Part shown: piece by piece, positions 61,727 through 64,000 of the stretch
Layout: every line of letters starts with the position of its first letter
Position numbering within the stretch: position 1 is the stretch's first letter
Origin: Methanobacteriota archaeon
GTDB lineage: Archaea; Thermoplasmatota; Poseidoniia; MGIII; CG-Epi1
Length of the DNA stretch: 64,000 bases
Assembly: GCA_014240255.1 (NCBI GenBank)
Contig: JAAZXG010000003.1
Span: 7,087-71,086 of the forward strand
Direction: 5' to 3'
The notes under the pieces: generated by a model
Databases searched by the model: none
The model's input: the letters and a program-made list of their open reading frames with translations, nothing else
What the model was told of the DNA's origin: nothing
Program-made: the position numbers and the translations under genes

Positions 61727-64000
61727 ATGTTACGCAGTACATCAATAAAAAAAGATTCATGGAAGCCTGTAAAACTTTTGGCACGTCAACCAATAGATGG
61801 AATTGTGATAGGCTTATCAGGTAGCCGTGAAGGAGATACAGTTTCAGTACTGTCACATACAGGTGTTAGTATCTTTAACAATCGTGAACTCGTCGAAGAA
61901 ATTCCATTAGATGGAGGAAAGGAAATACATTTAGTGGATTTTACTAATAGTATTTTTGTTAGAACAGTAGACAGCCTAATTTGTTATGATTTTTGGGGTA
62001 AATTAAATTGGAAATATGAAAATCTAAGTCATAATAGTAAAATAGGTATCAGTAAGAATGGCAATTCTATTATTTTAGCGAATCAAAATAAATTATATTA
62101 TCTTAATCAGTTTGGAGAAGTTGAGCGCGATATTTCCTTACGTTCTCCAATATCTGAAATGTCTCTATCTGAAAAAAAACAATTAATCATTTGTAATGAT
62201 GAAGGTTTATTTATGGTCGAAGAGAATGATAATTTTCTAAATATAAGTCATAAAACAGATTATTCAGAAATTGTTTGTTCATCAGAGTATTTCTTAGCCG
62301 TATCATCTAATGGTATTTCTGCATTTTCTTATTCAGGAGTTGAGCTGTGGATAAAAGAGCAAGTTGTTGTTAATAATATCTCATTTTCAAATAATGGATT
62401 AAAGTACACCTTTCTTGAGAGTTCTAAGAATATTGTGTGTCAGGATCGGAATGGTAGCCAAATATGGGAATATCATTCTAGAGAAGATTTGGCCGGTTCA
62501 ACAGTAATTGAATCTGGCGAAATGGTTGGTATTTATTCAAATAAAGTATTCCATATATTAGATAATAACGGCGAACAATCTTGGTCTTATCAAGCTCGTG
62601 AAAAAATCATAGATTTTATATTTTCAGAGAATGGTGGAGATGTGATACTTGCTTCTGAAAATAAGATTCATTGGTTTCAAAATGAGGGTTTTTTACGCAT
62701 TCGAATTAATTCAGTCCTTAAAGACGCAGAGTTGTTATTTGATAAGGTGTCTATTTATGAAAAAAATCTCGTTAAAATCACGCAAGATATCGAGAATGCC
62801 CAATCATTAAAATCGGGTAATTTTGATTTATTAAAGGAATCATTCCAATTAGTAGATGGGGCCAATCAACATTTAACTTCTTTACATCAGCGGCATGTTA
62901 GTTATTTAGACAATCTACCTTTGTTTATGAATAAATTAGGTTTGGAAGGGGCTCATACTGATGATATGATTCCAATTCTTTATCCTTATTACTCCTTTCA
63001 TCGAGATTTGCATGATACAACTTTTTTGGATAAATCTCTGAAAAGAGCTAAGAATCTCCTTAATAAATTGAAGAGATTTGAAGTGAAGTCCGAAGTCGAT
63101 TCCAATTCTGATAATTCACTTATTTCATTGAAAGAATCCCAAAAAAGCATTTCTGAAGAGATTGTTAATTTAGAAAATCTTTCAGAAAGCTATGATAAGG
63201 ATATTATTTCATTAGAAGCCAAGGTTAAAGAATTAATTATGAATTGGTTACGATCCGGAGAATTGAATTCAGAACCGCAGGATTTTTTATCTATATATAT
63301 TAAAAGTTCAGATATACGATTATCAAAGATTGATTTAATTAATGATAAAATAGACAATCATATTGCATTTGTAGATTATACTTCTAAGCAAAATCATTTA
63401 GTATTAATGAGTTCTAATTTTTCTTCGAAAGGTAAAGTAAATCTTAGTTTAACTTTAAAAAATAGTTCCAATGAAAAGGTTGAGGATATTTTTTTACGTA
63501 TTAAATTGAATGGCTCTGGAATTAGCCTTGCAGATCCCCCATCAGGCGTTATTCGTCTAAATCATTTAGAATCGGGAGAAACAGTTTCTCCGAGCTTTCA
63601 GTTTAATCCCGTAAATCGGATATTTACTCGTGTTCGGATGGTTTTACAATATTTAGATGCCGTTGGAAGACAACATACAGTTAGTTTGGGCGAGATTGAG
63701 ACTAATTTTTTGGGATGTTATGTCGAACCGCTTGAAATAGAACCTAATGATCATGATTCGTTACGATTGAAGTACAAAGATTATACTTCACATTCTTCTA
63801 TAAAAATAGAAGGTTTATCCATTAAGAAAATTACGACCATATCAAAGGATTTACCTGGATTATTCTTATGTGATTCTAAAATAGACGAGATGCGTTCGAT
63901 TCTTTATCATTCCGGCAAAGATAATCTAGACGATTCACAATATCTGTCAATGATATTTGTAAGAACTACTGGTGGAGAGGATTCAATGCGTAATGTTTTA
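61727..64000 (+). CDS. large cytoplasmic protein (>758 aa, runs off window): beta-propeller, helical region, Ig-like sandwich, alpha/beta platform-like domain
   Basis: Hand translation is open from ATG 61727 to the window end; blade repeats (YDFWGKLNWKY, FSYSGVELW, DRNGSQIWEY, DNNGEQSWSY); no signal peptide or TM segment seen. Confidence 0.85.
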   Translation, partial: MLRSTSIKKDSWKPVKLLARQPIDGIVIGLSGSREGDTVSVLSHTGVSIFNNRELVEEIPLDGGKEIHLVDFTNSIFVRTVDSLICYDFWGKLNWKYENLSHNSKIGISKNGNSIILANQNKLYYLNQFGEVERDISLRSPISEMSLSEKKQLIICNDEGLFMVEENDNFLNISHKTDYSEIVCSSEYFLAVSSNGISAFSYSGVELWIKEQVVVNNISFSNNGLKYTFLESSKNIVCQDRNGSQIWEYHSREDLAGSTVIESGEMVGIYSNKVFHILDNNGEQSWSYQAREKIIDFIFSENGGDVILASENKIHWFQNEGFLRIRINSVLKDAELLFDKVSIYEKNLVKITQDIENAQSLKSGNFDLLKESFQLVDGANQHLTSLHQRHVSYLDNLPLFMNKLGLEGAHTDDMIPILYPYYSFHRDLHDTTFLDKSLKRAKNLLNKLKRFEVKSEVDSNSDNSLISLKESQKSISEEIVNLENLSESYDKDIISLEAKVKELIMNWLRSGELNSEPQDFLSIYIKSSDIRLSKIDLINDKIDNHIAFVDYTSKQNHLVLMSSNFSSKGKVNLSLTLKNSSNEKVEDIFLRIKLNGSGISLADPPSGVIRLNHLESGETVSPSFQFNPVNRIFTRVRMVLQYLDAVGRQHTVSLGEIETNFLGCYVEPLEIEPNDHDSLRLKYKDYTSHSSIKIEGLSIKKITTISKDLPGLFLCDSKIDEMRSILYHSGKDNLDDSQYLSMIFVRTTGGEDSMRNVL

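Overview
AT-rich, densely coding chromosomal segment of an archaeon of the Thermoplasmatota, most likely a planktonic Marine Group II/III organism. This placement is inferred from archaeal informational genes (aEF-1a, aEF-2, aIF-2a, L44e, S27e, Nop10, archaeal LeuRS/DnaG/TpiA), a stand-alone 5S rRNA, and bacterial-type GroES/GroEL, ThrRS and PlsC. Most of the window is core housekeeping: translation, CoA/PLP/NAD/pyrimidine synthesis, Fe-S assembly, threonine and propionyl-CoA catabolism, lipid genes and Ig-like surface proteins. It contains six intron-less tRNAs with encoded CCA and no CRISPR, IS or integrase that I can see. Several probable genes are missing from the ORF track: an M50 peptidase, a 35-aa membrane peptide, S27e, Nop10 and a >758-aa ORF at the right edge. 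The most notable observations are: (1) a cytoplasmic beta-propeller / helical / Ig-sandwich / platform protein whose domain order recalls eukaryotic coat (adaptin-ear, BBSome) subunits; (2) adjacent L44e and S27e genes that have lost their Zn-binding cysteines; (3) an asfarvirus/phage-type KxNG DNA ligase between hisS and tRNA-His; (4) an antisense AIM24/TIGR00266 triplet splitting the str operon; (5) a PlsC acyltransferase alongside ether-lipid genes; (6) an HCF101-type Mrp next to an Nfu with a Cys/His tail; and (7) a small, basic, internally duplicated protein that is a candidate nucleoid protein. All family assignments are by motif recognition only; no database search was run.
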